A DNA stretch of 64,000 nt. Origin: Octopus sinensis (taxonomy: Eukaryota). The notes under the pieces are model-generated. The model worked only from the letters and a program-made list of their open reading frames with translations, was not told the origin of the DNA and searched no databases. The DNA lies in the NCBI RefSeq assembly GCF_006345805.1, contig NW_021830454.1, positions 1-64,000 of the forward strand, given 5' to 3'. The number at the start of each line of letters is the position of its first letter. Within the stretch, counting starts at the first letter, position 1. Positions 26,745 through 39,902 of the stretch are shown here, piece by piece. A program made the position numbers and the translations under genes.

Positions 26745-27399
26745 TGATGCGATGAAATGAAATGGGGAGAGAAACGAAAAAATGTGTGGTGATTATCGGT
26801 TTAACACCCCCCCCCACACACACATATATGGTGTTTCGGGAGGGTCATTTCATTTTGTTGTTTATACTGCTCCTGTCGCCTTTAATTGGTTTTTAATAAG
26901 CCTACATGCAATTTGCGACATCACTGCCTGAACTGACACTTATATTCTATATATCATTGACAGGGAAATCGGTTGCTATGTCACTGATGAACGTCAGCCA
27001 TGACAAGCCCAACGACGAGCTACATATGTATGTATGTATGTATGAATGTATGTATGTATGTACGTACGTAGTATGTATGCACGTATGTATATGTATGTAT
27101 ATGTGTATTGAAATGTATTGTCTACTGACACGTTTCGTAGAACGTCACCAGAGAAATTGCTTCGTGTTACGTTGCACCCCTTTATGACCTGATTTTACCT
27201 CTGCCAAACTCGATTTTGCCTCACCTCCCTTTGAAGTTGCAAACCATTTGTATGGAAATAATCGAATAGTATATTTTTTAATGTTGTGTCCGCAGAATAT
27301 ATATGCATATCTTCGTTGGAGAAAACTTCTTTCAGTTGTGTTTTCAGTTTAACTTCTGTCCCGTTAGGATCAAGCCAACATCTCACATGCAGCACAGTA

Positions 27400-27830
27400 C
27401 AGCACAGTATATTCAACCGCGTGGCCAACTATCACGTTTGATCGACAATGCTTTAGATACATTTAACAAGATATTTACTGTATTATACTTTGGCTTTTAT
27501 AGAGATGACGCTCTAGCTGCATTTAAAATCACCAATGTACATATATTAAGCATATTACTGAAGGACATTATATATAGGTAGAGTAATTTCGGCTTAAATA
27601 TAACTAAAGCTAATAACTTAACTACTGTTAATATCCTTGATGTTACCGTAGATTTAGCCACTATTCAAGAAGAATAGAATAAAATATTAAACAAGCAACA
27701 CCGGTAAATACAACATAGATATCCATAATATACTATAAATTCTTCTATGATATACTTTTATCCACAAATAAATACATTTATCCTTTGTTTCGGAGATACT
27801 GTCACCAGTAAATCCTATTCAAATGTTCTT
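27400..27830 (+). mobile_element. degenerate Penelope-like element RT fragment
   Basis: Translates to GFYRDDALAAFK and FGLNITKANNLTTVNILDVTVDLAT, matching the PLE RT pattern GLYRDDGL...VNFLDVTLDL. Confidence 0.65.
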
Positions 27831-27846
27831 TCATTTTAAACACAAT

Positions 27847-28617
27847 ATAATTATGCGTGCCAAGGAGAGGGCATCTACGTGGTCACATGTTTTACTAAAA
27901 ATAGCAGCAAGATATCTGTAAAATCCAATCCAAAAATGCCCTACCAATCCATAAGACAAAGAGCAAAACACTAATTTATTTCTAGGTCCGCAATGCCCGA
28001 AAAACCAATATAGGATGGCCACGACTGTAACGCTTTTGATCATAGGTCTACTCGGTCATGGATGACTTGGTGGCTGAACGACGACAACAATATCAACATA
28101 ATTATGCGAGCCAAGGGGAGGGCATCTACGTGGTCACATGTTTTACTAAAAATAGCAGCAAGATATCTGTAAAATCCAATCCAAAAATGCCCTACCAATC
28201 CATAAGACAAAGAGCAGAACACTAATTTATTTCTAGGTCCGCAAAGCCCGAAAAACCAATATAGGATGGCCACGACTGTAACGCTTTTGATCATAGGTCT
28301 ACTCGGTCATGGATGACTTGGAAGCTGAACGACGACAACAATATCAACATAAACAATATCAACATAATTATGCGAGCCAAGGAGAGGGCATCTACGTGGT
28401 CACATATTTTACTAAAAATAGCAGCAAGATATCTGTAAAATCCAATCCAAAAATGCCCTACCAATCCATAAGACAAAGAGCAGAACACTAATTTATTTCT
28501 AGGTCCACAATGCCCGAAAACCAATATAGGATGGCCACGACTGTAACGCTTTTGATCATAGGTCTACTCGGTCATGGATGACTTGGGGGCTGAACGACGA
28601 CAACAATATCAACATAA
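27847..28617 (+). repeat. tandem array, 3 copies of a 251-266 bp unit
   Basis: Unit starts ATAATTATGCG at 27847, 28098 and 28364; copies nearly identical; the 15-bp period increase comes from a local duplication of AAACAATATCAACAT. Confidence 0.95.
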
Positions 28618-28759
28618 ACAACCTAATTATGTCACAATAAGTCAATTAAATGACATCTCTAAAATGTTAATTGTGATTTGTAAAACAAACAAATGTTATG
28701 CTGCAATGATCACGTATTTTCTTATTACAGAAAAGTGAGTGTTTGGGTATTTTTTTAAT

Positions 28760-28812
28760 GACTGCGTGTATGTATATATATATCTATATTATATATCTAT
28801 ATATATATATAG

Positions 28813-28847
<35 letters not shown>

Positions 28848-29014
28848 GTGTGTGTGTGTGTGTGTTTGAGTGTGTGTATTTATGTATTGTATGTATGTAT
28901 TATATACATGTATATATATATATGTATATATATATACAATATATATGTATATATATATACATGTATATATATCTATGTATGTATGTATGTATGTATGTAT
29001 ATATATACTTATAC

Positions 29015-29050
<36 letters not shown>

Positions 29051-29187
29051 ATATACATATATATATATGTATATATATACATATATATATATATGTATGT
29101 ATGGATATGTATATATATATGTATATATATACATATATATATATGTATATATGTATATATATATATATATGTATGTATGTATGTATG

Positions 29188-29263
<76 letters not shown>

Positions 29264-29882
29264 ATATATATATATATGTATGGATATGTATATATATATA
29301 TATACATATATATATGTATATATTTATATATGTGTGTGTGTATGTATGTGTGTGTGTATGTGTATATAGCTAATGTATGAATTGTGTATGTATGTGTGTT
29401 CGTGTAAGCTGAATCTAGTGATATTAATGTAAGTGCGTTTTTTTCAAATTGTGTATTTGGGTTTGTGATTCAGTTCTGTTTTCCCCTAGTTTTTTTTTCC
29501 TGTTCTTTTTTTCTCTCTTATGTTCGTTTTGTCGTTTGATTTTTTTTTTTTTTCACGGAAGGAAGACACAAAGCAACAACAACAAAAATAACATCGACAG
29601 GCTCCAGCGACATGAGAGCGTATGAGGCTACATTAATTTGGTCATTCGACTTGCTAGAAATAAGAGCCATAATTTTCTCTCACATTCCACTCTGCTCTCT
29701 TCAAAACCGCATACAAAACGACTGTGGATCTTCTAAGGTAAACTAATCCAGAAGAAAGCAAGTTTCTTCTTCTTCTTCTTCTTCTTCTTCTTCTTCTTCT
29801 TCTTCTTCTTCTTCTTCTTCTTCTTCTTCTTCTTCTTCTTCTCCTCCTTCTCCTCCTTCTCCTTCTTCTTCTTCTTCTTCTG

Positions 29883-29929
<47 letters not shown>

Positions 29930-29952
29930 TATTACTAATATCATTATTATTA

Positions 29953-29987
<35 letters not shown>

Positions 29988-30010
29988 TATTATTATTATT
30001 ATTATTATCA

Positions 30011-30057
<47 letters not shown>

Positions 30058-30060
30058 TGT
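28760..30060. repeat. (AT)/(TATG) block, then (CTT)n and (ATT)n arrays
   Basis: Direct reading. Confidence 0.9.
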
Positions 30061-30224
30061 GTATGATTGAAAGAAAGGTGAAGAAGAGAGGATAGAGTAT
30101 GCGGAGACGAAGAAATGACAGGGAGACACAGAGAAAAAGCAAAGAAAACAGAGAGAGAGAGAGAAGGGGTGGGAGCGAAAAAGAGAGTGATATATTATAT
30201 ATATATATATATCTATATATATAT

Positions 30225-30390
30225 ACTCAGAGTTCCCGTTAGTCGAACAGTGTTGATGAACAGGAACGTGAAACTCTGAGTAACAGCTTTTGTCTTTGCA
30301 CGTCTATTAATAAAGCATATTGCTCTACCTCTGGTATTCGAGTACTATTTTTCCGCCTTGTTTCACATTTAAGCGCTTACTCTGGTATAC
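30225..30390 (+). mobile_element. short repeat carrying a decayed hammerhead-like motif (PLE pLTR-like)
   Basis: TTGATGA-AC-aggaac-GT-GAAAC-TCTGA-GTA-acagc; 11-bp inverted repeat TACTCAGAGTT/AACTCTGAGTA. Confidence 0.5.
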
Positions 30391-30498
30391 ATACATACAT
30401 ATATATATATACGTGTGTGTGTGAGTGTGTGTGTGATTGTGTGTGTGTGTGAGTGTGTGTATGTGTGAGTGTGTGTGTGTGTGTGTATTATACATTAT

Positions 30499-30823
30499 GA
30501 AGGCACATGGGTCAGTGGTTAGGGCGATGGGCTCACAATCATGAGATAGTGATTTCGATTTCCGGACCCGAGTGTGTGTTGTATTCTTGAGTGAGACACT
30601 TTACTTCTCATTGCTGCAGTTCACTCAGCCGTAGAAATGAGTTGCGACATCATTGGTGCCAAGCTGCATCGGCCCCTTTGCCTTTCCCTTGGAGAGGGGA
30701 GGCTGGCATGCTTGAGAGACTGCTGGTCTCCCCTCAAATAACATTGCCCGGACTTGTGCTTCGGAGTGTGATTTTCTTGATGTAATCCCATGGTCCTACA
30801 TCACGGAAGGAGTTCTTTACCCT
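30499..30823 (+). mobile_element. SINE family C copy
   Basis: GAAGGCACATGGGTCAGTGGTTAGGG...TTCGATTTCC...TTCTTGAGTGAGACACTT...TTGCTGCAGTTCACTCAGC. Confidence 0.8.
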
Positions 30824-30837
30824 TTATACACACACAC

Positions 30838-30870
<33 letters not shown>

Positions 30871-31099
30871 TGCACACATATATATATGTATGTATATATA
30901 TATATTTGTTGATGCAAAGTCCAAGACTATATGTATATGTGTGTGTATATTTGGGGGTGCATGTATATGCATGTGTAAGTGTATGAATATGTCCGTATAT
31001 TAATGGGTGCATACGGATGTATTCGTTTATGTTATATATACCGATAACGGAAAGAATAAAAGACTATATGACTTCTGCGACCATATCCAACATTTACCA

Positions 31100-33065
31100 A
31101 ATACTCTGGATAAGCGAAACATTAATTCGAACCTTAATAATTTAGAATGGGAAAACCCAATTGAACTATAAAACGACAAAGATCTGAAAAAGGAAGTGCC
31201 GTAGTCCTGATGGACGCAGAATACTGCAAAAACATTTTATTATCCATGCTAGAAAATGATACCTTTTACGAAAAAGTTGTAAACCACAAGCAACAAAAAC
31301 AATAAAAATTATACATCCTGAATACTTCTCCATTGAAAAGACTTGACAGAAACAGAAATAGATTATATCCCGAATTTTAAGTATGTAAACCTAAGTTTTT
31401 TTACGGCTTACCTAAAATACACAAGGGCAAGATACTTAATGAAGCCTGCAAACAATCACCAGGTAAATACATAAATATCCTAGCACCAGAAGATTTAAAG
31501 TTGAAACCCATTATAGCTGGCCCAGTCTGTCAAACCCACCGTCTAAGCAATTTTCTAGACATCCTACTGAAACCCTTGCTGAAATACATCAAAAGTTTCA
31601 TTAGAAACGATCTAGATATGCTTGAGTACCTCCCAAAAACAATTAATGAAAAGACATTATTGGTTTCCTTCGATGTTATTAATCTTTACACCAATATCCC
31701 ATATGACTATGGAATAGAAGCAATAAAATTCTGGCAGGAAAAGCACTCCGAAGAACATCCGGAACGCATAAACCAAGTTTTTATTATTAAAAGTTTAAAA
31801 TTTATACTTCAGAACACATATTTCCTATTTCACGTCACCTACTATCGTCAAAAATGCGGAATTGCGATGGGAACGAAAGCAGCCCGTTCTCGAGCACGTA
31901 ATAATGGGTTATTTTGAATTCAGCACATATGAAGTGTCACTGCAAAAATATGGACATCCATTTCACCATTTTATAAGGGAAAACTGGAAAAGATATCTGG
32001 ATGGCTGCTTTATCATTTAAACTGTGACCATTAATAAACTTTTAGAAGTTAAATCAATACCAAATAATATAAACTCTAGCATTCAACTTAAAATGGAATA
32101 TAGCAAAGATCAGCAACCTTTTTAAGATATTATGATTAAAAAAAGTCAACAATCTAAATGTAACTGACATTTATCATAAGCGAACGCACTCGAAACAATA
32201 TGTTCTGTTTAGCTCATGCCACCCGAAGCACATCAAAAAGAATAACTCTTTAATTTAGCAAAAATTATGTGCATGATAGTGTCTGATAGAAATACCCGGG
32301 ACCTCCGTACTCAAGACCTCAGAACAACACTGAGAGACAATATCCACCCTTAGATATAGACGATGGAATTAAGCGTGCCAAGAAATTAGGCCTTAAAACA
32401 CTAAGGGAAACATAACGTAATACCACACCACATCTCAAAAACACTATCGTATATATCAACGCATAACGCTAGAAACAATGTGTCGTACAATACTATCGTA
32501 CAAAATTTACCTATGCTCATTAGAGATCCAAAAATAAACAACATTCTGAAAACACAAATTCCTCAAATGCAAAAAGCAACACAAATTGCTGAAAAGACTT
32601 CTGTCAAACGTGAAGCTTTACAGAGCAACCACGAAACCAATGGTTAAAAATGTGGACGACCAAACTGCGGAGCTATTGCAACTTGCAGGAAGGCTTAGAA
32701 TTCCTATTTAAACAAGGTCAGAAGTTCACAATTCCTATTTAAACAAGGTGAGAAGTTCACAATTAAAACCAACTTCATAAATCTAATTTATGTTATAACT
32801 TGTTCAGGTTGTGGATATAACTATATAGGACAGACAAGTATGGCGCTTAGACGGAGAACCACTCTACATAAGGAACAGACCTGTTTACCACAGTGCAGAC
32901 AGATTCCTTTGAGTGAACACATAGAGAGATGTGCAGTTAATACCCGACCAAACTTCACAGTTTTCCCATCTACCAGTGCAAAGAAACAATTTCTGTACAA
33001 GAGCGTTTAAGTAAAGAACATTTACTTATCGAAAAACACAGAACACGCCTAAATATGAACGTATA
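31100..33065 (+). mobile_element. Penelope-like retroelement (RT + GIY-YIG endonuclease), pseudogenised
   Basis: KGSAVVLMD (~31190), FYGLPKIHK (31398-31425), KPIIAGP, SFDVINLYTNIP, GIAMGT, WKRYLDG (31985-32005), NLIYVITCSGCGYNYIGQT (32780-32836); many stops and frameshifts. Confidence 0.92.
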
Positions 33066-33310
33066 ACCAACTTTGGTTTCAGTATATATTTTAAGTGATG
33101 TTTACATACACATCACTGAAAATATTTCATCTCACTAATTTAGCTCTTAAGTCTTTTATATTTATTTACTCCTTGCCCCCCCCCCACAAATGAGCAGTTA
33201 CCACCCCTGTTCCGAATAATAACGATTAGATTGTTATACCTGTTGATTAATTTCTTTCACACAACGTGGTCTAAAATTTTCTTAAGAAAATACGAAGTTA
33301 CAATAATTTC

Positions 33311-33350
33311 AATGTCATGATTAGCGAAAGCGAAACCGATCGACAAACAC
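33311..33350 (+). ncRNA. decayed hammerhead-like motif downstream of the PLE
   Basis: CATGATTA-GC-GAAA-GC-GAAAC-CGATCG (palindrome); core and cleavage triplet mutated. Confidence 0.35.
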
Positions 33351-33505
33351 AATACTATATTAGAAAACATATTGACACTATGTAAACTTTTTATTTTACT
33401 TCTTTTATTTTGTATATATATATACATATACATACATAGAAACATACATACATACATACATACATACATACATACATGCATACATACATACATACATACG
33501 TACAT

Positions 33506-33581
<76 letters not shown>

Positions 33582-34016
33582 TATTTTAATAATAAAGAGC
33601 AAAATCAGTAATTTTACCAGGTAGCCAGTGCAAAAATAAAAACCTTATAGTTAGATTTTACAAAATATTGTATAATTATATACATAATTTTAACAAGGGG
33701 TTGGCTTTATGCCTGACCACACAACGTAAGAAACAGACACTAAAGTCTTTTTACTACCTTAAAACTTCCAAGAACAACAGACTTTATTGTAGGCAAGCAA
33801 AAGACAAATAATGAATCAATGAGGCTGATTAACTACTTTACTTCAGCATAGTATTTCGTATAAGTTCACGAGTACTTCAAGATATGCACGCGATGAGCGT
33901 CATCATATGTACGATATCTATCGACACTCGTAAAAATACCCACGTGGGTGTTAAGATCTAGACCGCAGTAAATGAAGTTTCGATTCAGATGTCATTTTAA
34001 TAGCAATAATACACAC

Positions 34017-34082
<66 letters not shown>

Positions 34083-34109
34083 CATACATATATATATACA
34101 ATATATATA

Positions 34110-34156
<47 letters not shown>

Positions 34157-34186
34157 TATATACATATATATACATATATATATATA

Positions 34187-37100
34187 TGTCACCTCGATGC
34201 TCCTACTGAACATCGGACTACTAACACACAGTAACAGGACAAAAGTCCCGTTCCTGAGAGACTTTGTCGCATGCAATCAAGCCTTATGCATACCACTCAC
34301 GGAAACGCACCTGAAACCGGACATAGCAGATGCAGAATTAAACATACCACAGTATGTTGTACTACGGACCGACAGAAAAGAAAGGAGTCATGGAGGAGTT
34401 GCTATGTACATCCGTGAGGACCTCACACCCCAGGTCCTTTTGTCATACTCAAACTCGGTGTGTGACACACTAATTGTACACATAAGGCAACTTGATGTAG
34501 TTGTGTGTGCTACATATCGCCCTCCAGATGCCCCAAGTCATATGGGCAAGTTTGAGGACTGCCTTTTAAAAATAGAAGTTCTAATCACATTAGAACAACA
34601 CATAAATGTACTTCTCATGGGAGACTTAAATCTACCCAATGTCAGATGGCCCGAGGGCCTTTCTCTCCCAGGAATGACAAGATGTGAACGAGGACAGGCG
34701 AGGTCCCTCCTGAACCTCATCAACACCCTGTACATGGAGCAAGTAATACTCCAACCAACCAGGGCAGGTAAAACACTGGATCTCTGCTTCACAAATAATA
34801 TGGATCTCATCCATAATGTGAAAGTGACACCGACACTACTCTCGGATCACAACATGGTAGAGCTGACCATGTACGGGCCAAAAGAGAGCACGGACATGCA
34901 GCCTACAAGAAACCCTCAGAATCTTTCCAGCTTGAACTTCAATAAGGCAAACTGGAAACAAATTGAGAAAGAGATCCTCAAACAAAACTGGCCTGAATGT
35001 CTCTCCTCGCCGGACATCGACATGATACTTCAACAATTCATGTCTGTAATGCAAGACATATGCTACAAATGTGTCCCAGAGAGAAAGGCCACTGTACACA
35101 AGAACAAAATCCCCAGAGAGAGGAAAATTCTAATGAGACGGCGTACAAAAATTTCAAATCGCCTAAACAAACAAATTGAAAGCAGTGAAAAGTCCCGCCT
35201 GAAAATAAAACTGTTGGAAATTGAAAATTGTCTGAAACTCTCCCATGAGAAGGAAAGAGCAGACAAAGAAGCCTGGGCTATAGACAACATAAAAACTAAC
35301 CCCAGAGCTTTCTACAGGTATGCCAAAGAAACAGCTACGGTGCACTGTAGGATAGGGCCACTCCTTGAAAAGGATGGCACACTCACAGGAAAACCAATGA
35401 GGGTAAGTGAAATACTGAATGAACAATTCAAGAGTGTTTTCACTCCACCCCTTGCGCATTTCCAAATCAGCAATCCAACTGACTTCTTTACCACTGCAGA
35501 TATAGAATCAGAGGCGGCGACGATAAATTACATCGATATAAAGGAAGACGATGTAATAAAGGCTATAGATTAAATGAAAACAGACTCAGCTATTGGTCCC
35601 GATGGATTCCCGGCAATCCTCCAAAAAGTATGTAAGAGAGTCCTAGCAAGACCACTGCAGTTCCTCTTTCAGAGCTTCCTTGCAACTGGCAGACTTCCAA
35701 GAAAACTGAAGGAAGGTAAAATATGCCCTATTCATAAAGGAGGTAGCAGAGCGGAGGCCAAGAACTACAGATCTATCTCTCTGACGTCACACATCATCAA
35801 AGTTTTGGAACGAATAGTCAGAAAGAAACTGATCACCTTCCTTGAAGAAGATGACTTGCTGCCTGACACCCAACATAGTTTCCGACCAGGAAGAAGCTGC
35901 TTAACTCAGCTCCTACAACACTATGATTGGGTGCAGAAACGACTGCTCAACCACTCAAATGTGGAAGTGATATATCTCGACTTTGCAAAGGCCTTTGATA
36001 AAGTCGATCATGGAATGATATGTCACAAACTGCGTGATCTCCAGCATAGTTGGAAAACTGGGAGTATGGATTCATGACTTTCTAAAAGATAGAAGTCAGG
36101 TGGTAGTTGCCAATGGGGCCACTTCCATTAACACGCAAATAGTGAGCCGTGTTCTGCAGGGCACTGTTTTGGGACCACTACTGTTCATAATGGCCCTCTC
36201 AGACATGCCCTAAGCCACACAGAGAGCCACAATCACAAGTTAAGCAGATGATACAAAAGTTTCACAGGCAATACAGAACCCTGAGGACACTAAACGCCTG
36301 CAATGTGAGCTGGACAAAATATACAAGTGGGCTGAAAAGAATAGCATGCAGTTCAATGCTGAAAAGTTTCAAGCTTTATACTATCAGCATGCAAAACTGA
36401 ATGCAATACCCAATGAATACACTGGACCCGGAGGGATTGCAATCCCAGAGGCACAATCAGTGCGTGACATGGGTATTCACATGAGTGATGACGTGACCTT
36501 TCATGTACATGTTGCTAAACTGACAATGAAATGTAGACGGCTGGCTGGATGGATTCTTAGAACCTTTAGAACAAGAGAACAAGAAACCATGATGGTCCTC
36601 TGGAAGACACTTGTCCTAAGCCACTTTGACTATTGCTCTCAGCTATGGTCACCATCCAGTGTCAAGTTGATCACAGAACTTGAGGCGATCCAACGAAGCT
36701 ACACGAAGAAGATAGCCTCTGTGCAGCATATGAGCTACTGGGAGAGACTCAAGAGATTAAAGCTCTATTCCCTGGAGCGTAGGCGAGATAGATATGCCAT
36801 AATATATATCTGGAAGATCATGGAAGGTCTTGTCCCAGACTTTGGCATCGAGAGTCACACAAATGCCAGAACCGGACGCCACTGCGTAGTACCAAGGACT
36901 CCAAATTTGCCATCAAGATGTAGGACAAGATATTGTGATAGCCTGGGCTTCAGAGGCCCACGGCTCTTCAATATCCTCCCGAAGAACCTGAGGGACCTGC
37001 ATGGTGTGGATGCGGATGTCTTTAAAGTAGGACTGGATCTCTTCCTGTCAGGTGTCCCGGATGAACCAACTTCACGGCAGGAGGTGCAGATGAGGGCAGC

Positions 37101-37245
37101 TGCATCGAACTCTCTCATGCATCAGATGGCGTTTGCTAAAAAGCATCCGTGAGGTAAAACCGTGTAGCAAACCAAATGGCGGTGCCCCAGCATGGCCACA
37201 GCTCATTAGCTGAAACTGGAAAATCAAAATCAAATAACATCAAAT

Positions 37246-37249
<4 letters not shown>
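34187..37249 (+). mobile_element. CR1-group LINE, 5'-truncated ORF2 (APE endonuclease + RT), inactive
   Basis: APE motifs LTETHL, HGGVAMY, GDLNLP, LDLCF, SDH. RT motifs GPDG, YRSISLTS, YLDFAKAFDKVDH, QGTVLGPLLF; CR1-type C-terminus YSLERRR. Stop at 35571, frameshift near 36045, catalytic YADD mutated to stop-ADD at 36241. Flanked by (AT)n on both sides. Confidence 0.93.
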
Positions 37250-37285
<36 letters not shown>

Positions 37286-37422
37286 CTTAGACACACACAC
37301 ACGCGCACATATATAAGATATACTTGGCCTGAATAGTAACCGCCGGTATACACATCGCTTTGATATTCACAACTTCTAAGGTTCCGCTAGATATGAAACA
37401 TACCCCGGATCTTTTATGTGTA

Positions 37423-37469
<47 letters not shown>

Positions 37470-37639
37470 ATGTACATGATTAGTAACTTGAGTCGCTACG
37501 AATGTAAATAAACAATCGAAATTGTGGAAGAAGAGCAGGTAAAATTCAGGCTAAATATGTTTTCTAGCTAGCAGATCCTCTGGTGTAATAATTCCTCAGC
37601 AAAGGAATAAGTTAGTCACACATGTTTATTTATCTAGAT

Positions 37640-37980
37640 TTTAACATTATCTCCTTCGAAATATCCATCTTGCGCAGCAGTATATCGGTCCTTGCGTTTT
37701 CGCTACATTTGGAATCCGGCCTGGAGGTCGTTTCCCGTAAACGAGTCGAGGACCTTCCGCGATTTACTCTGGGTCTCAACAACGAAGTTAAAACGGTGAC
37801 ATTTGAGCTGCATTTTCATCTTGGGGAGGAGATGGAAGTCCGTAGGTGCTAAATCTGATGATAGGGCAGGTGAGGAAGCGATACCATGTTGTTTTTGGCA
37901 AGAAACACACGAGTGAAGAGAGCTCAGTGAAGAATCCAATGTATTGCACTCCGCAAATCCGCTTAGTTGCGCCAAATATC
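37640..37980 (-). mobile_element. mariner transposase 3' fragment
   Basis: SSDLAPTDFHLLPKMKMQLK...QAGFQ...YFEGDNV matches the mariner YSPDLAPxDF motif and C-terminus. Confidence 0.85.
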
Positions 37981-37984
37981 CCCC

Positions 37985-38174
37985 TTCATATACTTCAAAA
38001 CTGGAAAGATTTACAGATTTTTATAATTTCATTGATAGCTTGGATCTGTAGTCTTCAAATCAGATCTCTACTTTCTGGTTTTGAGAAGTTTGATTTCTAA
38101 GATTGAAAGTTAGGCAGTGTGTGACACATCCCAGTGCCCCAATAATTGTAGGTATAAACCTGAACTTGCATTCT

Positions 38175-38248
<74 letters not shown>

Positions 38249-38264
38249 TATATATATATGTATG

Positions 38265-38301
<37 letters not shown>

Positions 38302-39638
38302 GTATGTATATCATTGTTCAGTTTCCTTTCAATATTTCTTTGCAATAGAGAACGAGCTAAATTCTAACGTAGATCCAAGGCTCCTTCATTGGAATTTCAA
38401 CATCAACAGCAGGTTATTTTTTATGTATGTATGTATGTATGTATGCATTTATGTATGAATATGTGTAGATGTGCATGCTTTGTTTTATGTATGTATTCGC
38501 AGACATATCTAGATATGCTCATATACATTTAAATGATAAAATTCTGGAAAGTTTTACAGATTTTCACAGTTCTAATGATGGATTGGATCTGTAGTCTTCG
38601 AATTAGGTTTCTCTTTTCTGGTTTTTGAGAAGCCTAAATTCTCAAGATTTGTATTTAGGCAGTGTGTTACACATCTCCTGGCCCCGCGTGTATGTATGCA
38701 TGTATGCATGTATGTGTGTATGTATTTATATATGTATATATGCATGCATGCATGTATGTCATTATTCAGTTTATTTCAAGATTTCTTACCAATGGTGAAA
38801 GGCTCCTTTATTGGAATTTCAACATCATCAACAGGGAATTTTTGTATGTACGTATGTATGTATACATGTGCAGATGTATGCTTTATGTATGTATGCTCGT
38901 GCATATAGTAGCATATCTAGACATGCTCATATAAATTTAAATGCAAAACTTCTGGAAAGTTTTACAGATTTTTACAGTTCCAGTGATGGACTGGATATGT
39001 AGTCTTCGAATTAGCTTCCACCTTTCAGGTTTTGAGAAGCCCAATTTCTCAAGATTAGTATTTAGGCAATGTCTTTCATATCCCAGGGCCTCAAGAATTA
39101 CGGGTATAAACCGGAACTTGTAATCTGGATAGAATAACTGCACATTTCTCAATAGTTCAGCGTAGGTGTTCTCTTTTTCCCTGATCTTCAGCCTTATGTT
39201 AACACCTGCTGGGCAGCTAAATTCATCAGCTGTCCGCAGTTTCTCTTCCCTATCCCAAGTCATTATATCAGGTCTGTTGTGCTTACATTTTAATGAGTTC
39301 TCCACAGGTACATTCCACCAGTATTCCTTTTTATTATGAGTGGCTATGGCTTCTACCATACCATACTATCGGTAGTATCTTCGGTAAGAACTCCACAAAG
39401 TCTGCATCCTCTGTCACATTTTACAGCTTCTCCTGCAGATCTATCCCTTTTGTGCATCAGGTACTTGGTTGATATTTCCTGTTCCTGGATTGCAAACACA
39501 TACCTGTAAAGGTGGAAGGTAGTAATCCGAGTATTGATCGTATTTTCGATAGTGTCCCACGCCATATACGCGACTTGTCACTTCGAATGTAATGCATGTA
39601 TGTATATATGTATGTACGTATGTATGTATGTATGTATG

Positions 39639-39669
<31 letters not shown>

Positions 39670-39868
39670 TTATGTATGTATGTATGTATGTATGTATGTA
39701 TGTATGTATGTATGCATGCATGTATGGTTAATCTGGGTAGAGTAACTGCAAATTTCTCAGTAGTTCAACGTAGGTATTTACTTTTTGCCGATCGTCAGCT
39801 TTATGTTAACATCCCCTGGGCAGCTGATTTCCACAACTGTACACAGATTTTTCTCTATCCCAAATCGT

Positions 39869-39902
<34 letters not shown>

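Noticed and set aside
27847-28617. CRISPR-like or coding interpretation of the tandem array (GIYVVT motif)
   Set aside because: Units are whole-length duplicates without unique spacers, in eukaryotic DNA; the frames contain stops.
33972-34186. N-terminal part of the 533-aa ORF
   Set aside because: Read-through of an (AT)n tract; LINE homology starts at about 34190.
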